From positions 21,638,001 to 21,702,000 of the forward strand of contig NC_086380.1 in the NCBI RefSeq assembly GCF_036588685.1: a stretch of DNA of 64,000 bases, read 5' to 3'. Positions within the stretch are counted from its first letter, which is position 1. Each line of letters begins with the position of its first letter. The DNA is from Mytilus trossulus. Its lineage: Eukaryota. Below the pieces are notes generated by a model that was not told the origin of the DNA, made no database searches, and was given only the letters and a program-made list of their open reading frames with translations. The translations under genes were made by a program, and so were the position numbers. Below, piece by piece: positions 63,746-64,000 of this stretch.

Positions 63746-64000
63746 TTTCAGTCTTAAACTCCCTAACATGAAATCAATTTCCTTATAAGAAATTCTTCTC
63801 ATCATAAGTGCAATCTGAGTATTATCCAAGACTTTTTCAGTCTTAAACTCCCTAACATGAAATCAATTTCCTTATTAGAAATTCTTCTCATCATAAGTGC
63901 AATCTGAGTATTATCCAAGACTTTTTCAGTCTTAAACTCCCTAACATGAAATCAATTTCCTTATTAGAAATTCTTCTCATCATAAATGCAATCTGAGTAT
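63746..64000. repeat. 89-bp tandem repeat, about 2.9 copies, running off the window end
   Basis: TTCAGTCTTAAACTCCCTAACATGAAATC... repeats with period 89 (G at 63751, 63840, 63929). Confidence 0.93.

Overview
AT-rich eukaryotic DNA with spliceosomal introns and many repeats, most likely from a bivalve mollusc (Mytilus-like; inferred from repeat content and protein types). Four main components. (1) Three intact, 4-coding-exon 3-beta-hydroxysteroid dehydrogenase-like (extended SDR) paralogues: one on the minus strand (6921-1598) and two on the plus strand (19521-22624, 27636-31863), plus a duplicated 3' fragment. (2) Between the first two, a nested transposon complex: two copies of a TIR element sit as an inverted pair 11 bp apart, and the left copy carries a near-complete PAT/DIRS-group tyrosine-recombinase retrotransposon (11739-16405) with A1-B1-A2-B2 split direct repeats. 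The right copy preserves the empty target site. (3) A tandem family of secreted Gly/Met/Pro-rich proteins (36684-38813, 256 aa; 48849-52351, 476 aa; promoter and exon 1 of a third at about 62.2 kb). Both complete genes end, via an 18-nt micro-exon, in the identical tail GGKRYRRATDSYSYDY, which contains convertase-type sites. They are candidate abductin-like hinge-ligament or shell-matrix proteins and the most novel-looking system here. (4) LINE fragments, several MITEs with clear TIRs and TSDs, SINE-like and high-copy interspersed repeats, and minisatellites. Exon boundaries were derived by hand from GT-AG sites and phase consistency; no database searches were run.
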